From Coleofasciculus sp. B1-GNL1-01 (lineage in GTDB: Bacteria > Cyanobacteriota > Cyanobacteriia > Cyanobacteriales > Coleofasciculaceae), in the NCBI GenBank assembly GCA_040220235.1, contig JAVJTO010000096.1: a stretch of DNA of 64,000 nt. The stretch is one strand, 5' to 3'. The translations under genes were made by a program, and so were the position numbers. Shown piece after piece: positions 19,666 to 30,740 of the stretch (positions within the stretch are counted from its first letter, which is position 1; every line of letters starts with the position of its first letter). Under the pieces are notes generated by a model, which saw only the letters and a list, made by a program, of their open reading frames with translations, did no database searches and was not told the origin of the DNA.

Positions 19666-22600
19666 ATGTTTCACGCCGTACCGCCCCATTCACCGCCAGA
19701 AATTGTACATCACGTAACTCCAGACAAGGCAGATCAAGTTCGCGAACATCCATTTATAATCGCCAACACGCCAACATTTCCCACCCAAAATCCTGTCGCA
19801 TCTCATTCAATTCCGAGTTCACCTGAATTATTCTTCCCGGAATATTCCGACTCAAATTTACCGACTTTGCCAGAAGGAATAGAATCATCTAACGCTGCTA
19901 AACTCGGACAACCGATTTCAGTCAGCATCTCCGATAATCAGCCAATACAACCCGAATTTTCTTCCTCGAATCCTTCTATTCAATTCAATCCTGTTAATCT
20001 GGATCTGACTCTCTATCCGGCTGAACCAAATAATTCAACATCGAATAGTTTACCATCCCCAGCAGACTCAAATCCTAGCTTAAATCCGGCTAATTCAACA
20101 TCAGAACCCGAAAAACTCACGGATCAGGAACCCACACCTCAACCCGAAACATTACCCCCGCAAAACCCGGATATCTTAACCCTTCCTCAAACTCAATTTT
20201 CAATTGCCCAAGTTCCAGATGATTTCTCCTCCTTTCTGGTAGGAATCAAAGTCAACAATCGCCCGGTAATTACTAGCACTTTAATTCGCGGGCAAGAAGA
20301 CGGAGAAGCTGCGATTAATTTTGAACAATGGTTGTTACCTTACGACGCTATCGTCAAAGCCTTAAAATTAACCGCGACCGTTTTACCCGACAATCAAATC
20401 GAACTGCGATCGCCTACCCAGGTTATTCGCCTCAACCCCAGTCAACTCAAGACGGATTCAGAATTAGGCTTGGTGTTTTCCGTGGCGGATGTGCGAACCT
20501 TATTCGGCGTAGAAATCGAATTTGACATTATTGATTATGCAGTTTCAATTCAAGCCCCCTGGTTAAATCAACGGCGTCAACGGGGAAAACGAGACGTCAT
20601 TATCCAAACCGAAGGATTGCCCCGAATTGCCCCCTCTGGCTTCTCCCTTTCCGCTGTTGAACAACGAATTGATGCGAGTGGAACGGCGACTCAATCACCG
20701 AACTATCGAGGAAATGTATCCGCTGTGGGGAGTATTTTTGGGGGGAGTTGGTATATCCGCGCCAATCAACCCCAACTCTTCTCCTCTGATACCTGGAGTT
20801 TAGCGGAAGCGCGATTTCAACGCCAAACGGATGCGGCGGATTATATTATTGGATCTCAACCCCCTTTCTGGCGTAGTCAAAGTCCAGGAGATTATTGGGG
20901 ATTCACCACGATTCAACGGAATGGTTTTATCCCCCAACTCCAACTCTACGGCGGTTCTGATCCCCGTCAACGCCTACAAGCGGCGCAAATCGGACGCACG
21001 ATTTCTGGAACAGCGGAACCGGGAACATTAGTGCGTTTGGTGCGAGGATTAAGTGATGACGCGATCGCAGAAGTTCTGGTGGATTCTTCAGGTGTCTACC
21101 GCTTCGAGGATGTGGAATTCGAGAGTCAATCGTTCAATAATTATCGTATTTTACTCTATCCCCAAGGGCGACTCACGGAAACCCCAGAACTTCGAGACGC
21201 CACTTTTTCCAATGTACCCGGACAAATCCCCGCCGGATCAACAGCCGTTATTGTCTCTGGAGGATGGCGGCGACAATTGTCGGGTTTGAATCAAGAAATA
21301 TTGGGCAATTTTACCGACATCCAAGGTGGAGTGATGGGGCGCTGGGGGGTTTCTAATAGCCTGACATTAGGGGCTGGTGCGGTTTACGACGAATCGTTTC
21401 GGGGATTAGCAGAAGCCTTTTTTCAGCCAGAAGGCTTCCCTTTAAAAGCCGCCGTCTCCGTTTTAAGTGGTACAGAGGAGTCCGACTGGGATATTAACGC
21501 CAACGTACTGTTTGAACCCTCCCCTAATTTTACCGCCCGATTCACAAGCGATCGCTTCGCCCAACGGTTGAATGCGTCTTGGCAAGTGTTACCGGGTTTC
21601 ACCCTATTTGCCAATACCAGCACCAATGATGCAACGGCGGCTGGTGTACAATTCGCTTTAAGCAGCAAAAACGCCTTTACCTTTGCCCGTCTCAGCGTCG
21701 ATACCCAAAGCCGTTTCCGGTGGAACTTGATTCAACGCCTGAATCAATGGGAATTTCGGTCATTGGGGAATGAAATTAGCACCCAATCTGAACTCGGTTA
21801 TCGTTTCTCGGATAGCTTAAGTACGGGTCATTCTTTGGTTCTCGGTTATGATACCCGTAACCAAAATAGTCATGACTCTTTAGCCAGCCTGACTTGGCGC
21901 TATCGTTCCCCCCAAAAATCGGGGGATGGGAACCCCCTCTGGGATGCCCAACTAGGCTATGGTATCGGTTCTCGCGGTTCCGGAATAGTTGCCTCAGTCG
22001 GAACCTCGATTTTACCGGGTTTACGCCTACAAGCGCGATATCAAGGGATAGCCGTAAGTTCCGATAACTCTGCTTTCAGCTTAAACCTCGTCTCCAGTCT
22101 CAATCTACAACAAGGGATTACCCCCAGAGACACCAAAGCCGACTATCTCCGCACCCAAGGCGGACTCTTGATTCAACCCTTTTTTGACCGCAATCAAAAT
22201 AGTAAACCTGATCCAGGGGAAAAATACTACACCGACTCTACCTTACTCCTAGTGAATCAGCAGTCTCTGGGATCATTACGCGCCGATATCCAAGAGGATC
22301 GGATCATCATGAATTTACCCCCTGGAATCTATCGCCTCGACTTTGATCCGGCGGGTTTTCCCTTTGATTGGCAAGTGATTAATGAAGCCTTGGCGGTGGA
22401 GGTGGTGGCGGGGAGTTATACACCGATTCTGATTCCCTTGGTTCAGTCTTACACAATATCGGGAATTGTCACCGATAACCAAGGTCAACCTGTGAGTGGG
22501 GCGAGAGTTGAAGCCATCCAACCGAATTATGGTACTCGGTCATTTTCCATTACTAATGATGCTGGCGTTTATTATTTAGAACGGTTACAGCAAGGAACAT

Positions 22601-22695
22601 ACCGCCTGCAAATCAACAATCAGCCTGCGTTTCCCCAGACGATTGATCTGAAAAATAGTTCGGAATTTTTCCAAGAACTGAATCTGAATTTATAG
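19666..22695 (+). CDS. Usher-like outer-membrane protein with carboxypeptidase-regulatory-like domains
   Basis: Pro/Ser-rich N-terminus, long run of amphipathic beta-strands (RWGVSNSLTLGAG), FFDRNQN..D.GE and ISGIVTDNQGQPVSGARV...GVYYLERL Ig-like domains. Confidence 0.65.
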   Translation: MFHAVPPHSPPEIVHHVTPDKADQVREHPFIIANTPTFPTQNPVASHSIPSSPELFFPEYSDSNLPTLPEGIESSNAAKLGQPISVSISDNQPIQPEFSSSNPSIQFNPVNLDLTLYPAEPNNSTSNSLPSPADSNPSLNPANSTSEPEKLTDQEPTPQPETLPPQNPDILTLPQTQFSIAQVPDDFSSFLVGIKVNNRPVITSTLIRGQEDGEAAINFEQWLLPYDAIVKALKLTATVLPDNQIELRSPTQVIRLNPSQLKTDSELGLVFSVADVRTLFGVEIEFDIIDYAVSIQAPWLNQRRQRGKRDVIIQTEGLPRIAPSGFSLSAVEQRIDASGTATQSPNYRGNVSAVGSIFGGSWYIRANQPQLFSSDTWSLAEARFQRQTDAADYIIGSQPPFWRSQSPGDYWGFTTIQRNGFIPQLQLYGGSDPRQRLQAAQIGRTISGTAEPGTLVRLVRGLSDDAIAEVLVDSSGVYRFEDVEFESQSFNNYRILLYPQGRLTETPELRDATFSNVPGQIPAGSTAVIVSGGWRRQLSGLNQEILGNFTDIQGGVMGRWGVSNSLTLGAGAVYDESFRGLAEAFFQPEGFPLKAAVSVLSGTEESDWDINANVLFEPSPNFTARFTSDRFAQRLNASWQVLPGFTLFANTSTNDATAAGVQFALSSKNAFTFARLSVDTQSRFRWNLIQRLNQWEFRSLGNEISTQSELGYRFSDSLSTGHSLVLGYDTRNQNSHDSLASLTWRYRSPQKSGDGNPLWDAQLGYGIGSRGSGIVASVGTSILPGLRLQARYQGIAVSSDNSAFSLNLVSSLNLQQGITPRDTKADYLRTQGGLLIQPFFDRNQNSKPDPGEKYYTDSTLLLVNQQSLGSLRADIQEDRIIMNLPPGIYRLDFDPAGFPFDWQVINEALAVEVVAGSYTPILIPLVQSYTISGIVTDNQGQPVSGARVEAIQPNYGTRSFSITNDAGVYYLERLQQGTYRLQINNQPAFPQTIDLKNSSEFFQELNLNL

Positions 22696-22806
22696 CAACC
22701 GCCAAGACAGTTAGGACATTATAAATTCGTAGAGACGTAATACATGTTAAAAATTAAAAATTATCAAATCCTTACTGTTCCTTGTTCCCTGTTCCCTTTG
22801 TTCCAC

Positions 22807-24399
22807 TCACAAGGATATTAACGGTAGCGTAACCGTAAATCTTGTACCCACATCAACCTCGCTGGATAAGGTAATCGTTCCCCCGTGGGCGTCCACACTA
22901 TTTTTGACAATTGCCAGTCCCAATCCAGTTCCCTCGATATTCCCCACATTCGCCGCCCGGTGAAATGTTTCAAACAGTCGTTTTTGGTCTGATTCGGGAA
23001 TGCCAATTCCTTTATCTTGAATTGTGAAAGTCGCTTCCTTGGGCGAACAACACAGAGACAGTCGTACAGTAGACCCTTCGGGGGAGTATTTAATCGCATT
23101 GGAGAGCAAATTGCCAATAATATGCCGCACCAGTTTTTCGTCTAAACAGGTGGCAATGCTGTTTGGGGTTTGGGGTGTATTATTATACTCACAGGTAAAC
23201 TCAAAATGATGTCGTTTACCAATCCCCTGTTGTAACTCCTCTACCAGTTCGCCACACAAGGAGGGCAAATCTAGAGACGTGGGATTGAATTCAACTTTAC
23301 CCGCTTCGGCTTTGCCCAGAACTAACATATCATTTAACATATCAATCATCTGGTTGGTCGCCTTTTGCACTCGATGCAGGTGGGTTATTTGTTTCTCCTC
23401 AGTCAACTTGTGGCGGTAATATTCCAACATTTGAGCCGATGAAAGAATAGTCGTTAGCGGAGTGCGAAACTCATGGGATGTCATCGACACGAAACGGGAT
23501 TTTAATTCGTTGAGTTCCTGTTCTTTTGCCAGTGCCATAGAAACGGCAGCTTCGGCTTGCTTCAGCTTAGTAATATCCATTAGCATACCATACCAAAGAA
23601 TATCACCGTTATCGAGTCGTTCCGGACAGGCTGCACCTTGAATCCATTTATTCTTACCAGATGGTAAAATTATTTCTCCTTCCCAGTTCCAGGGTTGTAA
23701 CGTTTGGGCTGAAATAGCAACAGATTGATCAAAATACTCGCGCTGATCCGGGTGAATTAGCTCAATAATTACTGTAGTATTCTCCTGGATAACTTCAGGT
23801 TCGAGTTCATAGATTTGGCGGCAGCCAGGACTAATATAGGGAAAAGCCATTGAACCATCGGGACGCAACAAAAATTCGTAAAGCATTCCCGGTACATTTT
23901 TCGCTAGCTTTTGTAAGCGTTGTTCGCTTTGCTGGAGTGCCTCTTGTACTTGCTGACGTTCAATAATTTCCTGTTTCAGACAGGCGTTTTGCTGTTGCAG
24001 TTGCTGTGTCAGTCTGCGGATTGTTAGGTGAGTTCTGACTCTGGCTAAAACTTCTTCATGCTGAACAGGTTTAGTGATGTAATCCACTGCACCCAGTTCA
24101 AATCCTCTCACTTTATCTACTGTGTCAGAAAGCGCCGTCATAAAAATGACCGGAATGTCTTGAGTGGAGGGGTTGGCTTTCAACTGACGACAGGTTTCAA
24201 AGCCATCAATTCCGGGCATAAGTACGTCCAACAAGATAATATCAGGGTGAGCATAGTCTACCCGTTCGATCGCGCTTTCTCCATCTTGAGCGATTAAGAC
24301 TTCAAAGCCCGAATCACTCAAACCATCGGACAAGACGCCCAAATTCGTAGGATTATCGTCAACGATTAGAATTATTCCTTGCTCAATATCCATACTCAA
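22807..24399 (-). CDS. Hybrid histidine kinase REC-PAS-HisKA-HATPase (likely ATG 24393)
   Basis: IVDD, LLDVLMPGIDG, SHEFRTPL, NLLSNAIKY, GTGLGL. Confidence 0.93.
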   Translation of the reverse strand: MSMDIEQGIILIVDDNPTNLGVLSDGLSDSGFEVLIAQDGESAIERVDYAHPDIILLDVLMPGIDGFETCRQLKANPSTQDIPVIFMTALSDTVDKVRGFELGAVDYITKPVQHEEVLARVRTHLTIRRLTQQLQQQNACLKQEIIERQQVQEALQQSEQRLQKLAKNVPGMLYEFLLRPDGSMAFPYISPGCRQIYELEPEVIQENTTVIIELIHPDQREYFDQSVAISAQTLQPWNWEGEIILPSGKNKWIQGAACPERLDNGDILWYGMLMDITKLKQAEAAVSMALAKEQELNELKSRFVSMTSHEFRTPLTTILSSAQMLEYYRHKLTEEKQITHLHRVQKATNQMIDMLNDMLVLGKAEAGKVEFNPTSLDLPSLCGELVEELQQGIGKRHHFEFTCEYNNTPQTPNSIATCLDEKLVRHIIGNLLSNAIKYSPEGSTVRLSLCCSPKEATFTIQDKGIGIPESDQKRLFETFHRAANVGNIEGTGLGLAIVKNSVDAHGGTITLSSEVDVGTRFTVTLPLISL

Positions 24400-27225
24400 T
24401 CACTCTATTTCTCTATTCATATATTCCTGCAAAAACTCACGAATCCGTCTTTCCTGAAACTCTTTGGCAAAGTGGCGCAATTGGGTTGTAAACGGTACAA
24501 AACGCTGATTCGCTTGTTCCAGGAGAGTGGCTTGCTCTATGATACCCTTAATGTTACCTCGCATCGCTAGATCGAACAAGATTGCCAATTCTTCCGGTGG
24601 TGGGGCAATGAGGTTACTCTTCAGCAATGGTTCACTATTGCTAACTTCGGTTGTCTGACTTTTGACCTCTGACTCGTTATACACCCATTGCAAATCCAGA
24701 TGAATTCTTAACTGTTCTAAAAGTTCCGAAAATCGAATCGGTTTGGGCAGAAAACCATCACATCCTGCCTGACAACTTTGCTGACGATCATACTCAAAAA
24801 CACTGGCAGACATAGCAATAATTGCCACAGTTTGAAACTTGGGGTCTTGGCGTAGCTGTCTAATCGCCTCGAAACCGTCCATTACTGGCATCACTAAGTC
24901 AGTAAAAATAATATCAGGGTTCAACGTCCTGGCTTTATGTAATCCATCTTGCCCATCTGTTGCCTCAATCAGTTTAAATCCTAACGGTTCTAGGAAATCA
25001 ACCACTATCGAGCGATTTGCACAGTTGTCGTCTATAACCAAAACCTTAGAAGATACCCCCTTAAATCCTGTAATTTCGTCCCAGTTACTTCGAGTAATAG
25101 TTCTCCCAGCTTGAACCTGTGGTAACCTTAAATCTAGCCAAAAAATACTCCCCTTTCCTAAAAAACTTTTAACCTGAATTTCCCCTCCCATCATTTGCAC
25201 GAACCGTTGCGCGATCGCGAGTCCCAATCCCGTTCCTTCCACTTGACGAGAATGCTCACCCACTTGATGAAACGGTAGAAATATTTCAGCTACTTGTTCA
25301 GGTGTCATGCCGATGCCCGTATCTTCAATTTGAAACCGAAGTTTGGCGATTCCTGGGGAGTTTTTCGCTACAATATCCGTCCGGAGTGAATATTGAGTTA
25401 ACACAGACTCTTCTCCCTGAACCTGCCCATTTTCCATCTCGGTTACATAGCCAACCTTAAACACCACGCCACCCGTTTTAGTGAACTTAATCCCATTACT
25501 CAACAAATTCAGCAACACCTGTCGCAACCGTTTCTCATCTCCCCGCACAGCTACAGGTAGTGAGGCAGAAAATTGCTCAGTAAACGCAATTCCTTTTTGG
25601 TCGGCACGAATGCGAACCAGTTCAGCAATACTTTTAAGAAATTGAGGAAAATGAAACTCACTCGGATGGAGTTCCATTTTTCGCGCTTCAATTTTAGACA
25701 GGTCTAAGATATCATTAATTAGAGTAAGCAAATGTTCACCACTGTGCTGAATAATCTCTAAACCATCTTGTTGCTTGGCACTCAGAGTTTTTTCTCGCTT
25801 GAGAATTTGAGCATAGCCCAAGATACCATTCAGGGGTGTTCTCAATTCGTGGCTCATGTTTGCTAGGAATTCACTCTTAGCGCGATTGGCAACATCAGCC
25901 ACTTCCTTAGCTGTCTGTAATTCCTGAGTTCGCTGTTGAACGTTCACTTCTAAGGTGCGGGAATAGTCCTCTAACTGCTGCTTGGCGGCGGCTAAATTCG
26001 CGTTCGTGGCTAACAGCGCTTGTTCTTTTTGTCCCAGTGTGTTCATCAGTTTCTGGAACGACATTGAGAGTCTGGCTACCTCATTTTTCCCTGGTAGTAC
26101 GTTGATTTTCACGTCTTTTTCACCCCGTTGCAGGCGATCGGCGATCGCCGTAATTCCCAATAGGGGGCGAGTGATACGTTCAACAAATAGCCAACTTCCA
26201 CTGGCAAAGACTAAACCCAGGACTAATCCCCATAGGAAGATGCGCTGTTGGAGTTGTCTGGCGGCGGCAAAGGCAAGGGGTGTGGGTTGTCGCACCAGTA
26301 CAATCCATCCTAATCCCGGATACGCCTTAAACCCGTTTGTCTTCTGAAAAGCCGTCAGGTAAGATTTGCCATCTGACCAAGTTTCCACCCCATAACCCGA
26401 TTCTCCCGGTTGAGACTCCCTTAAGTTCGCCAACGCCACAGGGGACAATTGCGCCTCAGGAGAACCCACTAGCACCGTGCCATCAGCCGCTAAAATCAAC
26501 AGTTCAACCTGTTCCCGTTGCTGTACAGGATCGAGTAAATTCTCCTGAACTTTTTCTGCCCATTGCCAATATAGGTGCGCCCCTAAAACCCCGCGAAATT
26601 GCCCATTATTATCCCATACAGGTGCAGCGATATCTACAAAACGCAAGGGTTGGTTTGTAGGATTAGGAAGATATTTTTCTAACAATAATGCTGGGTGAAC
26701 ATCACCCACAAAGGGACTGATTTTAGCCCGGTCAAACCAAGGGCGGGCTGAGACATCTTCACCGGAGAGAATACCACCCGTACTGGCAACCACTTGACCT
26801 TGGGGATCAGTTAAACCAATCCAGGCATAATCAGGGTAGGTTTCTTGTAACCTTTCCAGAAGCGATCGCTTCTCGACGTTGGTTGTGTCTGGACTGCTGA
26901 GTGTTTCTAGGGAGGCAACAATTTGAATCTCCCGGTAGCGCTCAAACATCCCTCGATCCAACAGTTCAGTGGTATTATGTACCAGCTTGGTAAAGAGTTG
27001 TCCCCGCAGCGCTTGAAGCTGATTCCCTGTGGTGTATCCTACCGCCAGACTGGTGAGGCTGGAAAAGAGTAGAGTCAGTAAGAGTAATCCCAACCCCAGT
27101 TGGGTGGGAAGTCGTCGGCGTGGATTGAAGTGGGAGGCGACAAAGCGCCAGTTTCGGGTCAGTTTAGCCAGTTTCCTGGGACGTGAACGAGGGCGAGATG
27201 AGGGATTTGGACGCAAGGGAATCAT
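24400..27225 (-). CDS. Membrane hybrid histidine kinase Cache-HAMP-HisKA-HATPase-REC
   Basis: Two TM helices flanking a Cache domain (SARPWF), [29 protein letters not shown]. Confidence 0.93.
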   Translation of the reverse strand: MIPLRPNPSSRPRSRPRKLAKLTRNWRFVASHFNPRRRLPTQLGLGLLLLTLLFSSLTSLAVGYTTGNQLQALRGQLFTKLVHNTTELLDRGMFERYREIQIVASLETLSSPDTTNVEKRSLLERLQETYPDYAWIGLTDPQGQVVASTGGILSGEDVSARPWFDRAKISPFVGDVHPALLLEKYLPNPTNQPLRFVDIAAPVWDNNGQFRGVLGAHLYWQWAEKVQENLLDPVQQREQVELLILAADGTVLVGSPEAQLSPVALANLRESQPGESGYGVETWSDGKSYLTAFQKTNGFKAYPGLGWIVLVRQPTPLAFAAARQLQQRIFLWGLVLGLVFASGSWLFVERITRPLLGITAIADRLQRGEKDVKINVLPGKNEVARLSMSFQKLMNTLGQKEQALLATNANLAAAKQQLEDYSRTLEVNVQQRTQELQTAKEVADVANRAKSEFLANMSHELRTPLNGILGYAQILKREKTLSAKQQDGLEIIQHSGEHLLTLINDILDLSKIEARKMELHPSEFHFPQFLKSIAELVRIRADQKGIAFTEQFSASLPVAVRGDEKRLRQVLLNLLSNGIKFTKTGGVVFKVGYVTEMENGQVQGEESVLTQYSLRTDIVAKNSPGIAKLRFQIEDTGIGMTPEQVAEIFLPFHQVGEHSRQVEGTGLGLAIAQRFVQMMGGEIQVKSFLGKGSIFWLDLRLPQVQAGRTITRSNWDEITGFKGVSSKVLVIDDNCANRSIVVDFLEPLGFKLIEATDGQDGLHKARTLNPDIIFTDLVMPVMDGFEAIRQLRQDPKFQTVAIIAMSASVFEYDRQQSCQAGCDGFLPKPIRFSELLEQLRIHLDLQWVYNESEVKSQTTEVSNSEPLLKSNLIAPPPEELAILFDLAMRGNIKGIIEQATLLEQANQRFVPFTTQLRHFAKEFQERRIREFLQEYMNREIE

Positions 27226-27330
27226 CAGGAAAGACTGATTCTATTTTCTCCAGTGTGTTCCACTAGACACAACCGTGATTTTACGGAAGTCTATCTTGAG
27301 TTCGTCTCGATTTGTTCAGGATTTAATTAA

Positions 27331-27358
27331 GTAGAGACGCGCCATGGCGCGTCTCTAC
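27331..27358. repeat. Perfect 28-bp GTAG-anchored palindrome
   Basis: GTAGAGACGCGCCATGGCGCGTCTCTAC; partial copy near 2274. Confidence 0.85.
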
Positions 27359-27457
27359 AACTTGCCCATTAGTCAGTAGCCAATTAATTTGGGTAAGGGT
27401 TCCTCTACCTGTAAGTTCCCCTAACTGATAAACTAATAAATTTAGAGGAGAACAAAG

Positions 27458-27637
27458 ATGAGCCAATCTCCACGCGATCGCGCTTTTGATCCGATTAGCG
27501 AAACTCGAGAATGGCATGCTGCTGCTACCCCAGAAAATGCTGAGAAGATAGCCCAAAAGCTAGGCTGGTCTAACTACTCGATCAAAAAAGCACCGAGTAG
27601 CTGGGGATTATCCTATATTGTTGTCAAGGAGGATTAA
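27458..27637 (+). CDS. 59-aa hypothetical protein (below the ORF-track cutoff)
   Basis: AGAGGAG RBS; MSQSPRDRAFDPISETREWHAAATPENAEKIAQKLGWSNYSIKKAPSSWGLSYIVVKED*; next ORF starts 3 bp later. Confidence 0.6.
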   Translation: MSQSPRDRAFDPISETREWHAAATPENAEKIAQKLGWSNYSIKKAPSSWGLSYIVVKED

Positions 27638-27640
27638 TTA

Positions 27641-27958
27641 ATGTTCAACGCCGTTTCTAGAAAGGGCTTAAAAATTAGACAGCAAACAAGTTCCGAGATA
27701 GTGCCAGGAACAATCGCTCGATATCGGGGCAGTATTGATCGTCTAAAAGAGTTCTTATTAATTCACGAAATTAACCCCGAATATACGGCGCTCAAAAATG
27801 CTGATGGTAGTCCCCAGCGTGAACATGATATGGTCAAAGCCGAAGTTCTCAAACCGGAAAATGGTTACTGCGATTACTGCCTATTTTGGGTGGAAAAGAA
27901 GCAGTTAACTCCTCTGAACGAAAAGGAGTACAGAGAGATTTTGGCACACATTATTTAG
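27641..27958 (+). CDS. Hypothetical protein (105 aa)
   Basis: AGGAGG RBS within the upstream ORF; no recognisable family. Confidence 0.6.
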   Translation: MFNAVSRKGLKIRQQTSSEIVPGTIARYRGSIDRLKEFLLIHEINPEYTALKNADGSPQREHDMVKAEVLKPENGYCDYCLFWVEKKQLTPLNEKEYREILAHII

Positions 27959-28213
27959 ACGCCTCACTATGAATTCGTTGTCATTTGTAATTAGGGTCTG
28001 CTGAATAAGTATTTAAAAGCGAGAGGATTCTTAAAGGTTAAAACCTTGCCACGACAACTGTTCCCCGTTGCCTATTCCCTGTTGCCTTTAACCCACCATC
28101 AACAATTCATTTAGCTTACTCTTCAATCTTCGGACTAATCAAACTAACAATTGAGCACACTAAGTACCGAAGACCCGAAATATTTTGGCACACATTATTT
28201 AGTCATAATCAGA

Positions 28214-29164
28214 CTATTTTCCTTTAATACTCTCATAGTTCTCGACAAACCACTGATAGGTCAATTCTAAACCTTTCTTTAACGAAATGTTGGGTTGCCA
28301 ACCAGCGGCATTCAGTTTCGAGGTATCCAACAGTTTACGCGGTGTGCCATCGGGTTTAGAGGAATCAAATTTCAACTCACCCTCATAACCCACCACCGCT
28401 TTAATTAACATCGCCAAGTCTTTAATCGAAACCTCTTCCCCTGTCCCCACATTCAGGAATTGGATATCATCATAGTGATTCATCAGGAAAACCAAGGCAT
28501 CCGCTAAGTCATCCACGTATAAAAATTCCCGCAGCGGCGAACCCGTTCCCCAAATTTCTACCGCCTCAGCATTATTAATTTTTGCTTCATGGGTTTTCCG
28601 CAATAGGGCGGGGAGAACGTGGGAATTGGCTAAATTGAAATTATCATTAAGACCATAGAGATTCGTGGGCATAGCCGAGATAAAATTTACCCCATATTGC
28701 CGACAATAATTTTCGCAAAGTTTGAGTCCGGCAATTTTGGCGATCGCATAAGGTTCATTTGTCGGTTCCAGATACCCACTGAGTAGGTGTTCTTCCTGCA
28801 TCGGCTGGGGACAGTGTTTGGGATAGATACAGGATGAGCCGAGAAATAACAACTTTTCTACACCAGACAAATAGGCGCTATGAATAATATTTGATTCAAT
28901 CATTAAGTTGTCGTAGAGAAACTCAGCCCGGTAGGTATTGTTGGCATTAATCCCCCCGACTTTTGCCGCCGCGATAAACACGTACTCTGGGCGTTCAGCG
29001 GCAAAGAAATCTTCTACGGCTTGCTGGCGTCTTAAATCCACCTCTTGGCTAGTTTTGAGGATAAGATTGGTATACCCGTTATCGCGTAAACATCTAACAA
29101 TGGCGCTACCCACTAAGCCACGATGACCGGCTACATAAATTTTTGAGTCCTTGTTCATGGTCAT
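28214..29164 (-). CDS. fcl: GDP-L-fucose synthase
   Basis: [36 protein letters not shown]. Confidence 0.95.
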   Translation of the reverse strand: MTMNKDSKIYVAGHRGLVGSAIVRCLRDNGYTNLILKTSQEVDLRRQQAVEDFFAAERPEYVFIAAAKVGGINANNTYRAEFLYDNLMIESNIIHSAYLSGVEKLLFLGSSCIYPKHCPQPMQEEHLLSGYLEPTNEPYAIAKIAGLKLCENYCRQYGVNFISAMPTNLYGLNDNFNLANSHVLPALLRKTHEAKINNAEAVEIWGTGSPLREFLYVDDLADALVFLMNHYDDIQFLNVGTGEEVSIKDLAMLIKAVVGYEGELKFDSSKPDGTPRKLLDTSKLNAAGWQPNISLKKGLELTYQWFVENYESIKGK

Positions 29165-29293
29165 ATTTATTAGATACTTGAAAACACTGAATAATCCATA
29201 ATTCCAGGGCGGATAATTTTGATAAATTATTGGTTACCGTATTCTCTAAGTAACTCTCGTCCGCCCTTACCAATACGTCCGTTTGACCTTGGC

Positions 29294-30379
29294 TCAATCA
29301 ACAGGTGCGTGAGCAGCGGAATGTTCGTAAGTATTTTCTTTGTGTTTTTCAAACAGTTCTGCCCCTTCACCATTCGATGATTTGCCGAAGCTACGTAAAT
29401 CGGCTTCTACCATCAGGGCGACTAACTGTTCAAACGATAAAGACGGTTGCCAATTTAGCTTTTCCTTAGCTTTTGTCGGATCACCAATGAGTAATTCGAC
29501 TTCCGCAGGACGTAAATAACGTGGGTCAAACTCTACATAATCTTGCCAATTCTTACCGACACAGTTAAAGGCAATATCCAAAAATTCCCGAATTGAGTGA
29601 GTTTCACCTGTGGCGACGACGTAATCGTCGGGTTCGTCTTGTTGCAGCATCAGCCACATGGCTTGAACATAGTCTTTAGCATAGCCCCAGTCTCGCTTGG
29701 CGTCTAGATTCCCCAGATAGAGTTTTTTCTGCTGTCCCGAGACAATCCGGGCGATCGCCCGAGTAATCTTACGGGTGACAAAGGTTTCTCCCCGACGCGG
29801 CGATTCATGGTTAAATAAGATACCATTGCAACCAAATATCTCGTAAGACTCGCGATAATTCACCGTTTGCCAATGGGCATACACCTTAGCACAAGCATAA
29901 GGACTACGGGGATAAAATGGAGTAGTTTCCTTTTGGGGAACTTCCTGCACTTTACCAAACATTTCCGACGAACCCGCCTGATAGAAGCGCACATCAATAC
30001 CTGTGCGATTTCGATAATCCCGAATCGCTTCCAACAGGCGCAGGGTTCCCATTCCCACCGCATCCACCGTATATTCCGGACAGTCAAAACTGACGCGAAC
30101 GTGAGATTGAGCGCCCAAATTGTAAATTTCTTTGGGTCTAACTTCTTCGAGAATGCGGCGTAAGGTTACGCCATCGGTCAAGTCGCCGTAGTGCAGAAAT
30201 AATCGGGCAACCTGATTATGAGGATCAACATAGATATGGTCAATGCGATCGGTGTTAAAGGTGGAAGTTCGCCGGACAATTCCGTGAACTTCGTAGCCTT
30301 TCTCCAGTAATAACTCACTTAAGTAGGAACCGTCTTGACCAGTTATACCTGTAATCAGCGCTCGTTTGGGTTGCGTCAT
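29294..30379 (-). CDS. gmd: GDP-mannose 4,6-dehydratase
   Basis: [32 protein letters not shown]. Confidence 0.97.
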   Translation of the reverse strand: MTQPKRALITGITGQDGSYLSELLLEKGYEVHGIVRRTSTFNTDRIDHIYVDPHNQVARLFLHYGDLTDGVTLRRILEEVRPKEIYNLGAQSHVRVSFDCPEYTVDAVGMGTLRLLEAIRDYRNRTGIDVRFYQAGSSEMFGKVQEVPQKETTPFYPRSPYACAKVYAHWQTVNYRESYEIFGCNGILFNHESPRRGETFVTRKITRAIARIVSGQQKKLYLGNLDAKRDWGYAKDYVQAMWLMLQQDEPDDYVVATGETHSIREFLDIAFNCVGKNWQDYVEFDPRYLRPAEVELLIGDPTKAKEKLNWQPSLSFEQLVALMVEADLRSFGKSSNGEGAELFEKHKENTYEHSAAHAPVD

Positions 30380-30740
30380 CCTTGAATCGTCCTGTGATGC
30401 GTATGGGCAACAGTGGTTGACAAAAGTGTTAATCTCCCAACTGGATTTTGGGATCAGGGAAATTATTCCTTAGATTATCCTAAAATTCCCAGCATTGATC
30501 AACTTTCTTTTGACTCATAACCTATCAAGCCTACCATGTCGGAGTTCGATGATCTCTCTGGCGCGGTTTTGTCATCGTTGTTCCGTCCGGTGTTTGGTTT
30601 ATTTCCGTCAAAACCCAGGAAAGTCCTGCCGGGAATAACATTGAACACCGAAGCCATCCCAATATTACGCTGATTTACTGCATTTGAGCCGAGAGGTTTA
30701 ATTCTGAATTAATCCTCCCATGCTCCCCATGCTTAATTCG

